64,000 bases of DNA from Chiloscyllium plagiosum (taxonomy: Eukaryota). Made by a program: the position numbers and the translations under genes. Positions 39,631-52,050 of the stretch are shown in pieces (within the stretch, counting starts at the first letter, position 1; every line of letters begins with the position of its first letter). Under the pieces are notes generated by a model. It was not told the DNA's origin. It did not search any database and saw only the letters and a program-made list of their open reading frames with translations. The stretch lies in NCBI RefSeq assembly GCF_004010195.1, contig NC_057720.1:35727345-35791344 (forward strand), read 5' to 3'.

Positions 39631-41121
39631 CGCAATTGTCCGCAAGCATGTCAATCATTAGGGGGTGGGAGCTATGGATTGTGGGGTTGGTGGGGGGCTG
39701 GGGGGGAAGGTGAAGTTACTGCTGAGTCAGGCTTCAGTTCAGTAGTTACCTAGATCTTGTCCTAGGTAACTGTTAAGCTTAAGTGGGTCAAACTCTTGGA
39801 AATATTTGACTTTGAGGGGCTTTACTAAAGGTTCCAGACACGGGGAAATAGTCCAACAGAAATGTCAGTTTCTCAAGAGTTGGTTGTGTCAGGACATCCA
39901 CAATGTCCCAAAGTACAAGTCCAGTGCATACTACAAGAATGCCTATTTGGCTATTTCTGATCCAATTTACACCTTCAGGACTACTCTTAATTAAACTTTA
40001 AATGTGTTATGTGCTGAGATGATGAGGAGAGCGCAGAACAGCATGAACTAGCTGAATTCATACGGGATATGAATCTTATTCAGCCTTGGTCTTAGCACAG
40101 CATGCCTCTTGCTGTTGAGCTGAATAAGTAGTGTCAAATCTTTGACCAGGATATTCTGAAGACCGGCAATCACAGTATGTTTGTCACTCTGCTGATTATT
40201 TTTTATGCTCGTACTGAGCTCCAGATTTCCAGCTGAGAATTCTGATCCCAGCTCCTTCAAAATTGTGCAGCATACCTTAAATGAACACAATACAGGAGAG
40301 ATGGGGGAAGTCAAACCTTGTCCCCTTTAGCAGCAGTCTTTTGCTATCCAGCAACACAGTCTAGAACAAACACATTGATAGCTGCTGGGAATAGTTTCAT
40401 GTGGGGTTAGAGTGGCAGGTGGTTAAGGGATTATGCCAGCTAGGTAGGAATGTTTAGGGTAAATTAGGTTGGGTAGGTGTGTTGAGGCTGGCAGTGCTAG
40501 GGCTATGATAGGAGTGAAGTGTCAGAGCTGATGGTGGTGCTATGGGGGCATGGGGTTGGAGGAGGGAGGTGATTTCAGGGCCTGCACGGTGGGGAATGGG
40601 CAAGAGGTTTGGTCTGTCAAGTTCTGGTCTTTTAGGTCAGTTAAGGGGTGCAGAGGGGTGCTTGTTCCTGGGATTTGGATGAGGCGTGGCATTGTGTTTG
40701 GTTATGAGCAGCGTGATTGATTGTTCGGGTTTCTCGGAATGGATAGGGCAAGTGCAGTTGGAGTGGTGCAGGAATTTGTTAAATGGTTACCCTGGAGTTA
40801 GGCTGGAAATAACCTGTTGCTAGAAAACTATTAACATGACAAGAGCGGGACACTCTGAATTTTCAGATATTAAGGGCTGCTTTGAGGAGTTCCAAACAAC
40901 ATCATTTTATTTTTGTCCCTGCTCGGACCTTCGAGCCTGTGCACGGCTTCCAAAAGCACAACTCATTCAGTGGCCTGCCGATTAACACAGACGGAGTTCC
41001 CTCGCAGCTTTGGTTCCAGGGGAATTGTCCATTAGAGTCTTCAGTTTCCTGGACAATTGTCTGCGATTCAGCAGCTTCCTGACAGGCACCTTCAGGCTGT
41101 GCTGCAAAGGCAAACCTGCTA

Positions 41122-41240
41122 CACCCGCTGGAAATCTGAAACAGAGTTTGCTGGACACACTCAGGAGGTGTGGCAGCATCTACAGAGACAGACGCAGTTC
41201 AACTGTCAAGTCCGGCGTGACTTCGTCAGAAACTGTTCTG
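41122..41240 (-). mobile_element. Family C PLE-derived fragment
   Basis: gctggaaatctgaaacagagtttgctggacacactcaggaggtgtggcagcatctacagagacag...ttcgtcagaa. Confidence 0.55.
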
Positions 41241-41818
41241 AAAGAGTTGTGTCTCACACAATAGCAAGTTATGACACATGTTTCTCTCCAAACAGACCTG
41301 ATCACATGGAGTTGGTGGTGATTGTCACCTGTATCTCCTTTGTGAAAGGCTTTTCTCTGTAGATCTTAGACAGTAAATAATAAAGCTTGTTGAATGTTCC
41401 TACCACCAGTTGTGGTGGGCGAAGGATGTTTGGGATTGTGAGAGCAGGATGTTGGGAAAGCATGTGAGAGCTTCCCACAAGGGCCATAGAGTTGTATTAG
41501 TTTTGTTTTCTACTTTTAATCAAAGTAGTTACTGGGAGGGGATTTATAATTCTACCTCCGCCGAGATGCTCACTCTTATATTTTGCTTGAATGCTTCAGC
41601 TCAGCAGCTTGAATATTTGCCACCTATTGAATATGTAGTTTTAACTGTTGGTAGAAACATAGTCATCGTATTGATCAGATTATGTCTCTGTTAGACTGAA
41701 GCTGCTAATACTGACTGAAAGTAGTACCTGAAAAGTGGAAGAATGTCCCAATTAATAGGAATTGACAATATTTTAAGCATGGGGTGTTCCAAAGAAAAGG
41801 ATTGAGACAATTGCAGCT

Positions 41819-41870
41819 TTGAAAGCATCTTCCAATCTTTCCATTGAAAGCATCTTCCAATCTTTCCATT
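41819..41870. repeat. Perfect 25-bp tandem duplication
   Basis: (ttgaaagcatcttccaatctttcca)x2. Confidence 0.97.
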
Positions 41871-42099
41871 TTTTAGCTTTACAATAGTTTTCTTTGTGGT
41901 GTCTAACCTCTACCGATCTGTAATAAAAATCATTGCACTGAAGGCAGCTGAAACATTAACTTCTGCTATCAAAGGTTTTCATGATTTCCTCCGGGTCTGG
42001 AAGTGAGATATAAAGACCTGATGAACATCGGAGACCTCCTCAGTGGGTAGTAGAAGTTAACTCATGCACAAACCATCCATAGTTTGATCACTAAAACAC

Positions 42100-43310
42100 T
42101 GTAGATCTTTACCATTTCCTATGTACCATATAGTTCCAGTCCTGTGCCCCGGAAATCACACGATAAAATTCATAAAATGCCCGTTCTCCAATACTCAGTT
42201 GAACCATTTTTTTCCCTTTTTCTGTGGAAATCATTTTTGACTTGGAACTGTCAAGCCAATCTATTAGTATGTTGTTTGCTGTGCCCGCTCACTATACTGC
42301 AGCTACACCTGTTAGATGTAAATATATATACTTTGTATGTACAAAGAAAAGCCTGTCAGGTTTCAAGTGTCAGATATTGCCTGCGATCTATAAGGGCTCA
42401 CATAGTAGCACTCTTGTTTGAGTTGATTTGAGCTGCCTCTCTCCTCAAGGGGAAACTCGTGTCACTTTATGTTAGCCCATACAGCCGCTGGCTGTTCACT
42501 CAAACTGCACTAAGCAAGAGCAGACTGAGAAAAGATCGAAACTCATGAGGTTCATACTCGTGGTGCCTGAGACTCGGAGGTAGAGGGAACGAAAGAAATG
42601 TTGGCAGCTTGTGTCCAAATGAGCAGAAATTACTGAAATGATAATAAATGTAGATGGTCCGGTCGAAATGAAATGATCCATCTCAGTGCATAAGCAGCTC
42701 TTGAGCTGCATTCAATCAGCCTGTCACACTTATTGCCTGGCATTTTTGTGAAGAATATGTCCACTAAAATTTTTTGTCATTCCTATTTCCTTGTTATCAG
42801 TCCGCTCCTCAATGGCGACCGGAGATTAACAACAATTCATAGAGCACATCCATTTCTGATAAACCTTATCCATTACTTCACGATCCGCGGGTCCATCCCA
42901 TTTCACCTCAACCATTTATCATCTTTAACGCTGACAGCTAAACAGAGTGCTTTAAAATTTATCTCGGTGTGTCGACAGGGCGGATCTATTCGTCAACCTG
43001 TGGAGGTGCAGCTTAGCCTCTTCCTCTTCTTATCAGGATTCCACAGTAAAAGATTTGGCAGAGATGCCCGATTAATCATTGGCCGCATCAATTTGCTTGA
43101 TTTACTCTCTTGTGGGAAAAGGGTGTAAACACAGCGTACTGAGGCAGCGCGAAACATAATGTGTCTGTCTATAGGAAAAACATTAGCAGATCATCCTGTC
43201 TTGTGATTGATGGAGAAGTGAAAGGCACGGCTGTAGCGGGCTTGAATCTTATAAAGGACAATAAAAAGGTGAAGGTGTTTTTAAAAATAATCATACAAAC
43301 AGTTTAACGC
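42100..43310. promoter_or_regulatory. Candidate long conserved non-coding enhancer block with Pbx-Hox and Meis motifs
   Basis: No recognisable repeats and many CpGs. TGATAAATGG (minus, 42912-42921) lies 10 bp from TGACAG (42932-42937). Also CTGTCA at 42721 and TGATTGATGG at 43204-43213. Confidence 0.6.
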
Positions 43311-43724
43311 GTGTCACCTCAATTTGAACCTTGATGTTTCAATTAGTGTTTAGAAATACAAAATACTGTTTAGCGATTTTTTTTTTCTTTGGCCAAAAAG
43401 TACTGCTGATTATCTTTGCCTCTTAACAGAAAGATTCGTGCTGGTGATATTTTTCCTCAGTGTTTTAATGAAAAAAAAAAGCCTCCAAGCTCTAGGCGCT
43501 TTCAGCATAGGGTTAAGCGACAAACAATGTATAGAGTTTCCATGATGGGTCAATACCGAGTCTTGATTTGAACAAAGGTTTCATCAAGATGTAATTTTTT
43601 ACTTTCTCCTTCGCACTTTGTCTGCGTGTCTCTCACTGCTCCTCTTCCCCCTCACTCGATGTCCTTGTACCTGAAGTTTTTTTTCAGTCAAAACCTAAAT
43701 TTAAGGAAAGAAATGTGTCCAAGT

Positions 43725-43790
43725 ATAAATCTGTCATCCATCAGGGCAGTGACAGATGGCTTTCTGGATTGTGTTTCATTATAAAACATT
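43725..43790. promoter_or_regulatory. Compact Meis / Pbx-Hox / Meis motif cluster
   Basis: CTGTCA 43731-36, TGATGGATGA (minus, 43734-43), TGACAG 43750-55. Confidence 0.5.
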
Positions 43791-45543
43791 GCAGGAGTCA
43801 CTCAGATTCACACTGACACACACTCTGAAAAATTCAGAAAAAATTGGCAGCCAACCTATTAGGGAGGAGACCAGCTTAGAAATTAGACTAGAGCATGCAC
43901 AGTTTTTCAATGCTTGAATAAATGCCATTCATAATCAACTGTTTGTACATAATAGGATTACATTATCTTTAGCCTGATGTTTCTTTTCTTTTTGACTAGC
44001 CTACCTGGTTATTCTGATTTTACATACTGGCCTGGTATTTATCTGTGTTTCAGTACATGATTTGCTTTTGTATATTTGTTAGCTCATTATATCATTTTTA
44101 ATTTTAAATAGTTTGATTTACTGCCCAGATTTCACCAAGCTATTTTTTTTTCAAGGTTGGCACAGCATTCCAGTCTTCATTGAAATTGAATTATTCTCTG
44201 TGATTGAATACCTGGCTTTTAGGAGGACATTGAAGTTAAAGATCTTACCTGAGTACTCAGGCCAATCCAAATGGTCAGTGTTAGTTAGGGATAGGGGATT
44301 GACAAGAATTACAGTCTTGTATCAGGAGCAGCTTCACATCTCAATAAAAGCAGTGCAACAGTGAATGATGCCTTCATCTTCCTGCACCAAGACTGCTGTG
44401 ATGTTGCTAGTTATTTCTCGTAAAAAGAGAAGTTTGGCTGAAGAAAAGATTTAATCATTTAGCCCAAGAATGGACCAACTCCCAGCCAGATCTTTAATGT
44501 ATGTATTTTTCTGCTGCAATTCTGAGTTTTCCTCAGGTTATGAAGAATGAATGCTGACTGAGTTGTTTTCTCCTTTTAAGCTCAATTCGTCTAAAATTGG
44601 TCAAACCAGTACAAAGGATTAAACAGTCTTGAGTAAAATTAAATCCAATGCAAATCAAATTTCTGCTGTCTTTTGCAAATATTGAGTTAGAGCTGACTCT
44701 GCTCATAAACCCAAGCATGTTCCAGACTGAATTAATCACCATTCAGAGCATCCACAAACTGTGCCAATTTGGGGCCTCAGTTGAGGCTCTTTAAAAAATT
44801 CCTGTACTGGACAACACTATCAGGTGTCTTACGAAAGCTTTTGATTCCTTAATAATTTACTTAAAAATGGATCAATGTATGCCAACATAACTAACAACTG
44901 TTTTTTCTGTTTGAAGTCATTCTCAATTATTAAGAATTGGGTCAGTCTCAAGTGATGGAGAAGACTCTGATTAAAAATGTTGCATTTCTCATAAACCCAA
45001 ATTCAGTTGTATTCATGAAACAACTCCAAATTAACATTTTCTTTTAGGAATGTTCTAAACACTGCTCGATTGCATTTGTTGGTGGTGTATTTGACATTCA
45101 GCAATATGCAGTTATGTTTCAGCAGAAACTTCAGGGAAAATGGATCATCCCGAAACTAGTGCAGTTTTGTGCACCTCTGTCACTGATTATGCACTCAGTA
45201 GAAACTTGACTGCTACATATTGTTACAGGAGAAATATTATGGAGTACAGATCTTGACATAATTGTGTTACTGATCACAGCTGCAGCTATTCATTTTTCAT
45301 CCTCATTTAAGCAAATATAAAGGTTTATTTAAAAATGTTGACTGACATCTTCTACAACACTGCTATTTTCCTGTTATGTAAATAGAGCATAGCAGTGGAA
45401 TGTAGGAGTTAGACCTTTTGAGAAATTGACGCCACTTTAATTTCTTTTCAAATAACTGTTGGGAAAAAGAAATGCCATGATTTTAAGGAAAATGCACTTA
45501 GATAGTAAAATCATTCGCTTTGTTAGTCATTAAAACTAAAAGT

Positions 45544-45732
45544 GGGAGAAAGTGAGGACTGCAGATGCTGGAGATCAGAGCTGAAAAATGTGTTGCTGGA
45601 AAAGCGCAGCAGGTCAGGCAGCATCCAAGGAGCAGGAGAATCGACATTTCGGGCATAAGCCTGAAGAAGGGCTTATGCCCGAAACGTCAATTCTCCTACT
45701 CCTTGGAAGCTACCTGACCTGCTGCACTTTTC
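45544..45732. mobile_element. PLE-derived family A element, inverted pair, intact hammerhead core nucleotides
   Basis: CTGAAGA-a-GGGC-ttat-GCCC-GAA-ACGT-C at 45661-45688. Exact 16-bp TSD cattaaaactaaaagt at 45528-45543 and 45733-45748. Confidence 0.9.
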
Positions 45733-46319
45733 CATTAAAACTAAAAGTAACAACTATAATTATAGGATTATTCTAATGTTCACAAGACCTTCTTCAGGCA
45801 CTCTGAAAATCTTTCAAAAGGTAACAGTGAACAATTTACTTCCATCGTATTAAATATTTGTGTTAGCATAATGTATTACAACGTCATTACCTTAAAACCA
45901 GAAGAGCTGTCTTTGTCTAGGTGGCTGAAAGGTAGACTTTCATGGATGTGAGAGAATGAAATGGATTGTTTGACTAGATGATGTTATAAACTGATGGGAC
46001 AATATAAAAGCCATAGCTGAGGTTCAATTTATGTCATCGTTAATAGGAATATCAACGAAGAAAGGAAAATAATATGCTTTAAAACAGAATTTAAAGCAGC
46101 ATGCTTTTAAAAAAAACTTTTGATTATAAACTGGCAAGAAGCTTTTCATCAATTAGATTTGTTATTTTTATGCTATGATTCAAGAACCAGCATCTTGCTT
46201 TCGTGTTGAGTTTGATATTTTTGCCATCCTTCCCTTTACAGTATAACTTTGTGCTTTAATGTCATCTCAAAATAATTATGGCAGAGACTGTGTACATGAA
46301 TGTATTAAAAACTGGCTTC

Positions 46320-47270
46320 AGTGGTAATGAATTAATTGTTGCATAATTTACCTGATTCAGGTGATTAATTTTCAGATTTTGTTTTTGACGGTGCCAGGAA
46401 GGGTAGGATTATTCATAAATGATGTGACGAAGGGGATAAATGATAGAACACCATTCAACCTCAGGCAACATCACCATAAATTAATTAAGCAAATAATTAG
46501 ACCCACCCCCTTAAAAAATTCCATTGATAAAGAATGCACATTCTATGGAGTGATGATTCTGCATGACTCAAGAGTACAACAATGCACTCTTAACGTGGTA
46601 ATTTTAGGATTTATCTGGTATGTCAATTTAATTTGATGGAAAACAACTGGGGGATAACAATTTGGCAAGAGAGAGATATTTGCAAAAAGAATATTTTACA
46701 TAATAAAAAGGCAGGGCTATTAGGTCTATCAAGACACTTCAACTTATTGATCATGGGGAAGGAGCTTGGATCCCAGCATCATGTGACTAATTGTTTCTGT
46801 CATTAGTGATCTTTTGATTGCAATAAAAATGAAGATTTAAAAGAATAGTGGAAATAACGTCACAGCGTGGCAGCTCTGGGTTCCAGACGATTAGAACTGA
46901 CTGGAGCTGTCAACATTAAATGGTCCCAGATAAGGTGACAAACACCCCTTTAATAGACGATTTCCTGGGATGGTGGAACAATGTCGGGGACATTTGGCAC
47001 ATATATTGTTAAAACTTCTCCCCCAAGGATATTGTGGGCTTGATGGATGAAAGAACAGTTGAGCAACAGATTGCCACAAAGGCTTTCATGAACTTAGAGT
47101 GGTGTTTATTTGCCGAGAACTTCAAGCAGACGTGCACCTGTAAGAGGCACATTCATTTACATTCTGTTCTGGATGAAATTCAAATTAGACCAGATTTTTC
47201 CATTTGCATCAGATTTCTATATTTGAGAGTGGATTTAGACAAGCAGGCTCTCGGGGGGAACTGGTAAAAG
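46320..47270. promoter_or_regulatory. Candidate conserved non-coding element(s)
   Basis: Repeat-free. Dense homeodomain sites (cataaattaattaagcaaataattag), CTGTCA 46907-12 and TGATGGATGA 47041-50. Confidence 0.5.
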
Positions 47271-48439
47271 CTGAATCATTAGATAAGAAGTATACTTGAA
47301 TGAGGTTGACTTTCTTAAAGGGCCGGGCCACCATATCTGACCCATAGAAATTCCAATTAAATGTTGAAATTGAAATTAATTTGGGGTCTCATTCCTCAAT
47401 GACAAAGCATACTTATGTAATATTTTTCAAAATGTATTCTTGTTAAATAATCTTTACATAGCTCCATTAAACTGGGACCAAGTGATTAATTCAGTATTTC
47501 TCTTGTTTGATTCTGGAGTGATCATTCTGGAAGATTCTACAACAGGTGACAAAACAATAGTCTGGCCCATTAATACAAAGATTTATATTTTTTCTCCTCA
47601 TTAGTCCCTGCAATGGTAAGCTAAATATAAACTTTAGGAAAACATAAGTTAACTTAACGTATATGTGAGTTGATGAAGGAAGATGTAAAACTGAACAGAT
47701 TCCCAATGTAATTGAAATGGAGAGATCTAATATTGTGTTCATGATTGAATTATTTTGATGCTTTCCAACTTTCCAGCTCATACTCAAACTTTGCTGTTAG
47801 ACAGAAAGTGAAAGTATGGTTAATTGCTTATCTTACAAACTGCAGGGCAAGTATAAAATGTTTTTGGAAAAGAACAAAGAATATTTATTAGGCATCTTTT
47901 CAAAATAATTGTCTTTTAAAATTTGCAAGGGTTTTCAGATATTTTAAGAGAAAGAGTTGGTACGTGTTAAGGTTAAAAAAATTCAGAACTGCTTCATTTC
48001 TGTTTAATTTCCACTTCTAATATTTTCTTAATTGTCTGATATCCTGAGGAGCTGAAGGGAAGGTCACATTTCACCAAGGTACTCCCAAGCAACCTTAAGG
48101 TTGTGGTTTTGGAAGGTGTTGTTAAAAACCTGTATCAACACTGCCTCAAGTGGAATTGCCTGGGCCCTGCCTATTCATTAGTGGTCACAGCTGTGCAGCC
48201 GTTCAATTACTTGGAAATAATAAGTACATTTAGTAGTGAATTAAATATTAATTAGTCTTCAGTGAGTTCCTTTTTAGCTTTGGGAGCCAGAAATAGGATG
48301 TCTGGAGCATGGAGTTCCTGGTGCCAGAATGAGGAGAGATAGGGAAGTGTGCAAATATCTTTATTTGTTCTTACTCTTTCTCTGTTCCTCTCTTTTTATT
48401 TTCTTACTCTCACACTCATCCCAAGGTGAAACGAAGGCA

Positions 48440-48860
48440 GGCTGGAGAGGAGAGCACTGGCATGATCTTGTGATTAAACAAAAGGATTCAGCCAACATGT
48501 GTAAAATTAAGTGATCAAGAGTTGATTACAGAGTATATTGATTGTGTACTGATGGATTAAATAGAGTCGTGATCTGGGTGAGATTTGAGGGAGAGAAAAT
48601 TCACTAGTTAGCAAGGAGCTGCCAGCCCAACCGCAGTTCTTCATACATTTTTGGAATAAATCTGTGGAGAATGCGCAGAATTATAATCGATTATCCATTT
48701 CTCAAAGTCACTTAAGGGGCCAAAGCAACGAGCTAAGTGCGTGGGGCGACAATTCCTAGTCCATATGCATCGTCATGTGTGTGTGCTGGAGGGGTGGAAA
48801 CAGCACTGACCCTGCGTGCTGCAAGCTGATGAATCCATTTTCTTGTAGGAAATAGTTTTG
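48440..48860. promoter_or_regulatory. Candidate conserved non-coding element
   Basis: TGATGGAT 48550-57, the palindrome ataatcgattat, aacaaaag, ttaagtg/cacttaa motifs, and retained CpGs. Confidence 0.45.
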
Positions 48861-49694
48861 ACAATCCAATATCTGTGTTTCGATATGTGCCCCCCAGGGA
48901 AAAGACACTGCCCCAGTCGCCCTTTCAAATTATAGGCATATCAGTATATCACTATCCTAACAGGCTGCCCTCCAAGTCAAGGACATAGGCGCTTAACTGT
49001 GGTGTGAATAATTTTTTTATTATTATTTTTAAAGAGACCTTCTCTTAGCAAAACATCTTACAGGATTTTGAAATTGCCCTACAGGTTCAAATCAGCTCTT
49101 GTAAGACATAAGTCGAAAAAGTCTGCACGATTTATAGTCTGCCTTATGGAACCCTACAGGATTAATCCTACAGAATGATGAAAATCCTATATAGGATTTT
49201 GAATAGTGTACTGTAGGATATTATTTGTAAGCATTATCTATGTTTTCTTAAAATACTGTAATGATTTGAATGGATAAAATTGTGATTAGAAATTTCCAGC
49301 TTCCAAGCAATAATTTCTGCTTGGAAGCAATAGGGGTATCTAGGACCATGAAAGATGGATTTAAATATACAAATATGTTTTAACAATGCTCATTTATTTC
49401 ATTGTTTGGGTTCAGCTTTAGAAAAGCATTCTTCCTGACAGCTTAGGGTGAGGTGCTGTTGTGGGGAGTGGGGAGTGCAAAAGAGGAGGGTGCGGTCTTA
49501 GTTAATTGTAATTGTGCTCCGTATGGACAAGAAGGAATGCAAGCTCAGTTTGTGGTCTTTCCCCCGATGTTAACTGCTGCTTGTACCTGACCTCAGCTAC
49601 CACTTGGAGCAAACCACTTCCCCAGGATCATGGAAAGAAGGCCAAGGTCACTCCTCGTTGTTCTTGCTAGTGGTCTCACAGGCAGTTGGACTAG

Positions 49695-50000
49695 TAGAAT
49701 CATAAAATCTCTGCAGCACAGAAGCAGCCATTCAGCCCATCGGGTCCACAACAACCCTCCAAAGAGCATCCCACCCAGACTCACCATCCAACCTATCCCT
49801 AGCTTGCACACCCCTAGACATTATGGCCAACTCACCTAACCTGCATATCTTTGGGCTGTGGGAAGAAACTGGAGCATGTGGAAGAAACCCATGCAGACAC
49901 GGGGAGAATGTGCAAACTCCAAACAGACAGTGTCCTGAGACTGGAATCAAACCCGGTTCCCTGGCACTATGAGGCAGCAGTGCTAACCATTGAGCCACCC
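49695..50000 (-). mobile_element. HE1-type V-SINE, older near full-length copy
   Basis: Colinear with 21334-21630. Confidence 0.88.
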
Positions 50001-51399
50001 ATTTTTGCTCAGGTTCCCTCGTGGTCTTGCAGCAGTGAGCTGAGGCACTGATCGAGTGAAAGATTTGTTTAGAAAACATTTGGAAGGAAGGGAAATGAGT
50101 AGTAAAAAAAACCTTATGATACAGTACAACTGCCTTTCAAATGGTAGCTGTATAACTATGCTTCTGTTTTGTGGCATTGCTCTTGGAGACCAGAGAAGTG
50201 GGACACCCATGAAATTGGTAGGTTGGATCTCTAGAAATTGGTCAATGGTCTATTGTGCAAAGGAATCCAAAAGACTTGGAAGGGAAAATATATGAAAGTA
50301 ACATTGAGTTGCAGCAGTAATGAAGGGCTGCAAGAAGAGTAAGAATTTCTTGAATGGGAGCTGAAGCTGCTGTGAAAAGAGAAAGACGAGGTGATGAAAA
50401 TTGGAAAATGTAAGAGGTGATGGTTAACTGAAATTATGATTTTTACAATTGTCTTACAAGGTTCTTGAATTTTGTATGAGTTCATTATTATGTTGTAGGA
50501 ATGTTACATGTAGATGGGACAGTGGGTGAGGAAGTATTGTGGTTGCTGATAGATTTTGGCTGCGAGACTAACGGAAATAGGATAGTTCAGTCAATGACAA
50601 CAATGTCACATTTAAAGTGGATTGTGTCCTGTGCACAAGAATTTCAACTATATATCAATAACATTTAGTTCTGGCATCACTTATGATTTTAATGCTACAT
50701 AATGAAATAAAATTATTGCTTCAGGACATCAAGACCATTATAATGTACTTATTAGAACAGTTGCTGGATATATCACAGGAAAGGAAGGTGGAATATTTTA
50801 CATTGTTATGTGAAAGCATGCTTAATGATGGATCATGTGATAGGAAGAGCAGTTTTAAAGAGACATAATGCATTGCAAGTGATGAGAATTTTATCCTTTA
50901 AAGGAATACATTCCCATACTGTGATTATTGCAAAGTACAGATTGTTGTGACATTTAATCTGAAGTTCACTTTAATTTGATAAGTAAATTATCATTATTGA
51001 TGATATCTCTTCCATTTTCATTAGCTTACACATATTTTCTTATTCTGTGCAAGTGCAGTGCTCTATGAGCTGTAAAGGAGCTGCAAGTTTGTGTTACTGA
51101 TCCAGATATAGGCTAATATGGTCATTGTTTAATGTGAATATGCTTGTTGTACCCTTCAAAGTGAAATCCCAAATTTGTATCTGACTTCTTTTATAAATGT
51201 CCAAAGACACAGTATTTGGTAGCAGTAGCTATAGTTAAATAATGGGCACCCAGTGAAAAGGTACATGTTAGGAGAGAAGGGGTGGGGGAAAGAGGAGTGT
51301 TGGAGTAGTGGGTGGGGTTATGGGGCTGGGGTACAAGGTTGGGGAGGCAGTGTGATACTACTTATTTCTAATCGAGCGCCAAAGTTTCTGAGTATGAAA

Positions 51400-52050
51400 G
51401 ATTCATGTCAGTGTCACACTTTAGCCAGATGCACATGTGAATCTGTGCTTCCCTTCATAAATTATAGTGCTGCCATGCTATACTTCAGTAAAGACAAAAA
51501 ATTGCACTCCATCACCGTCTTGCCTGGCTTTTAGCGGTATTGATCATGCTGGTACCTAGTTTACTGAGGCAGTTAAGTGTGGCATCTTATTTTGCGCTGG
51601 GATAAATGAAAAGAATATTAGTACGCTGACTTTTCATCCAGTTTTATTGAATCTTTTGAGCAGCTGCCCTTTCGTGTAATGACATCGCTGACAGGGTCCT
51701 CATTAAGGCCCAGACAGTAATTGTGATGCATCTACTGTCCGACATTTTCATTGAGTTTTAGATCTATGGAGCGGTAGGATGTATGGATTCGCTCAGTTTC
51801 TCAAATTAATACACAACTCGATCCATCAGAGCCCCTTCCATGCTCTTTCATCTTCCCTGTCCCCAGAGGTCCATACGCGGTAATGTGGAGCATCATTCTC
51901 CCAGACAACTACACAATGTCTCTTTTCTCCTGCTCCTTATTTATTCAATGTTTCTGAGCAAACACGCCAGATAAAGTTGTCAGGCTTTATTAAAGAGGTC
52001 CCTGATGAAGTATTTATGAAAATCTTAATCAGCTACCTCCAGTCTGAGGG
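51400..52050. promoter_or_regulatory. Candidate conserved non-coding element
   Basis: Repeat-free with retained CpGs. TGACAG 51689-94, TGATGGAT (minus, 51821-28), several TAAT sites. Confidence 0.5.

Noticed and set aside
39200..41070. G-rich stretches and the hairpin agttacctag-N8-ctaggtaact (~39743-39770) as a functional G-quadruplex or RNA structure
   Set aside because: Probably decayed repeats that I could not classify. Nothing supports function.
42733..43128. 131-aa ORF inside the CpG-retaining block
   Set aside because: Non-ATG start, no recognisable domain and no convincing splice sites. Better explained as non-coding regulatory sequence.
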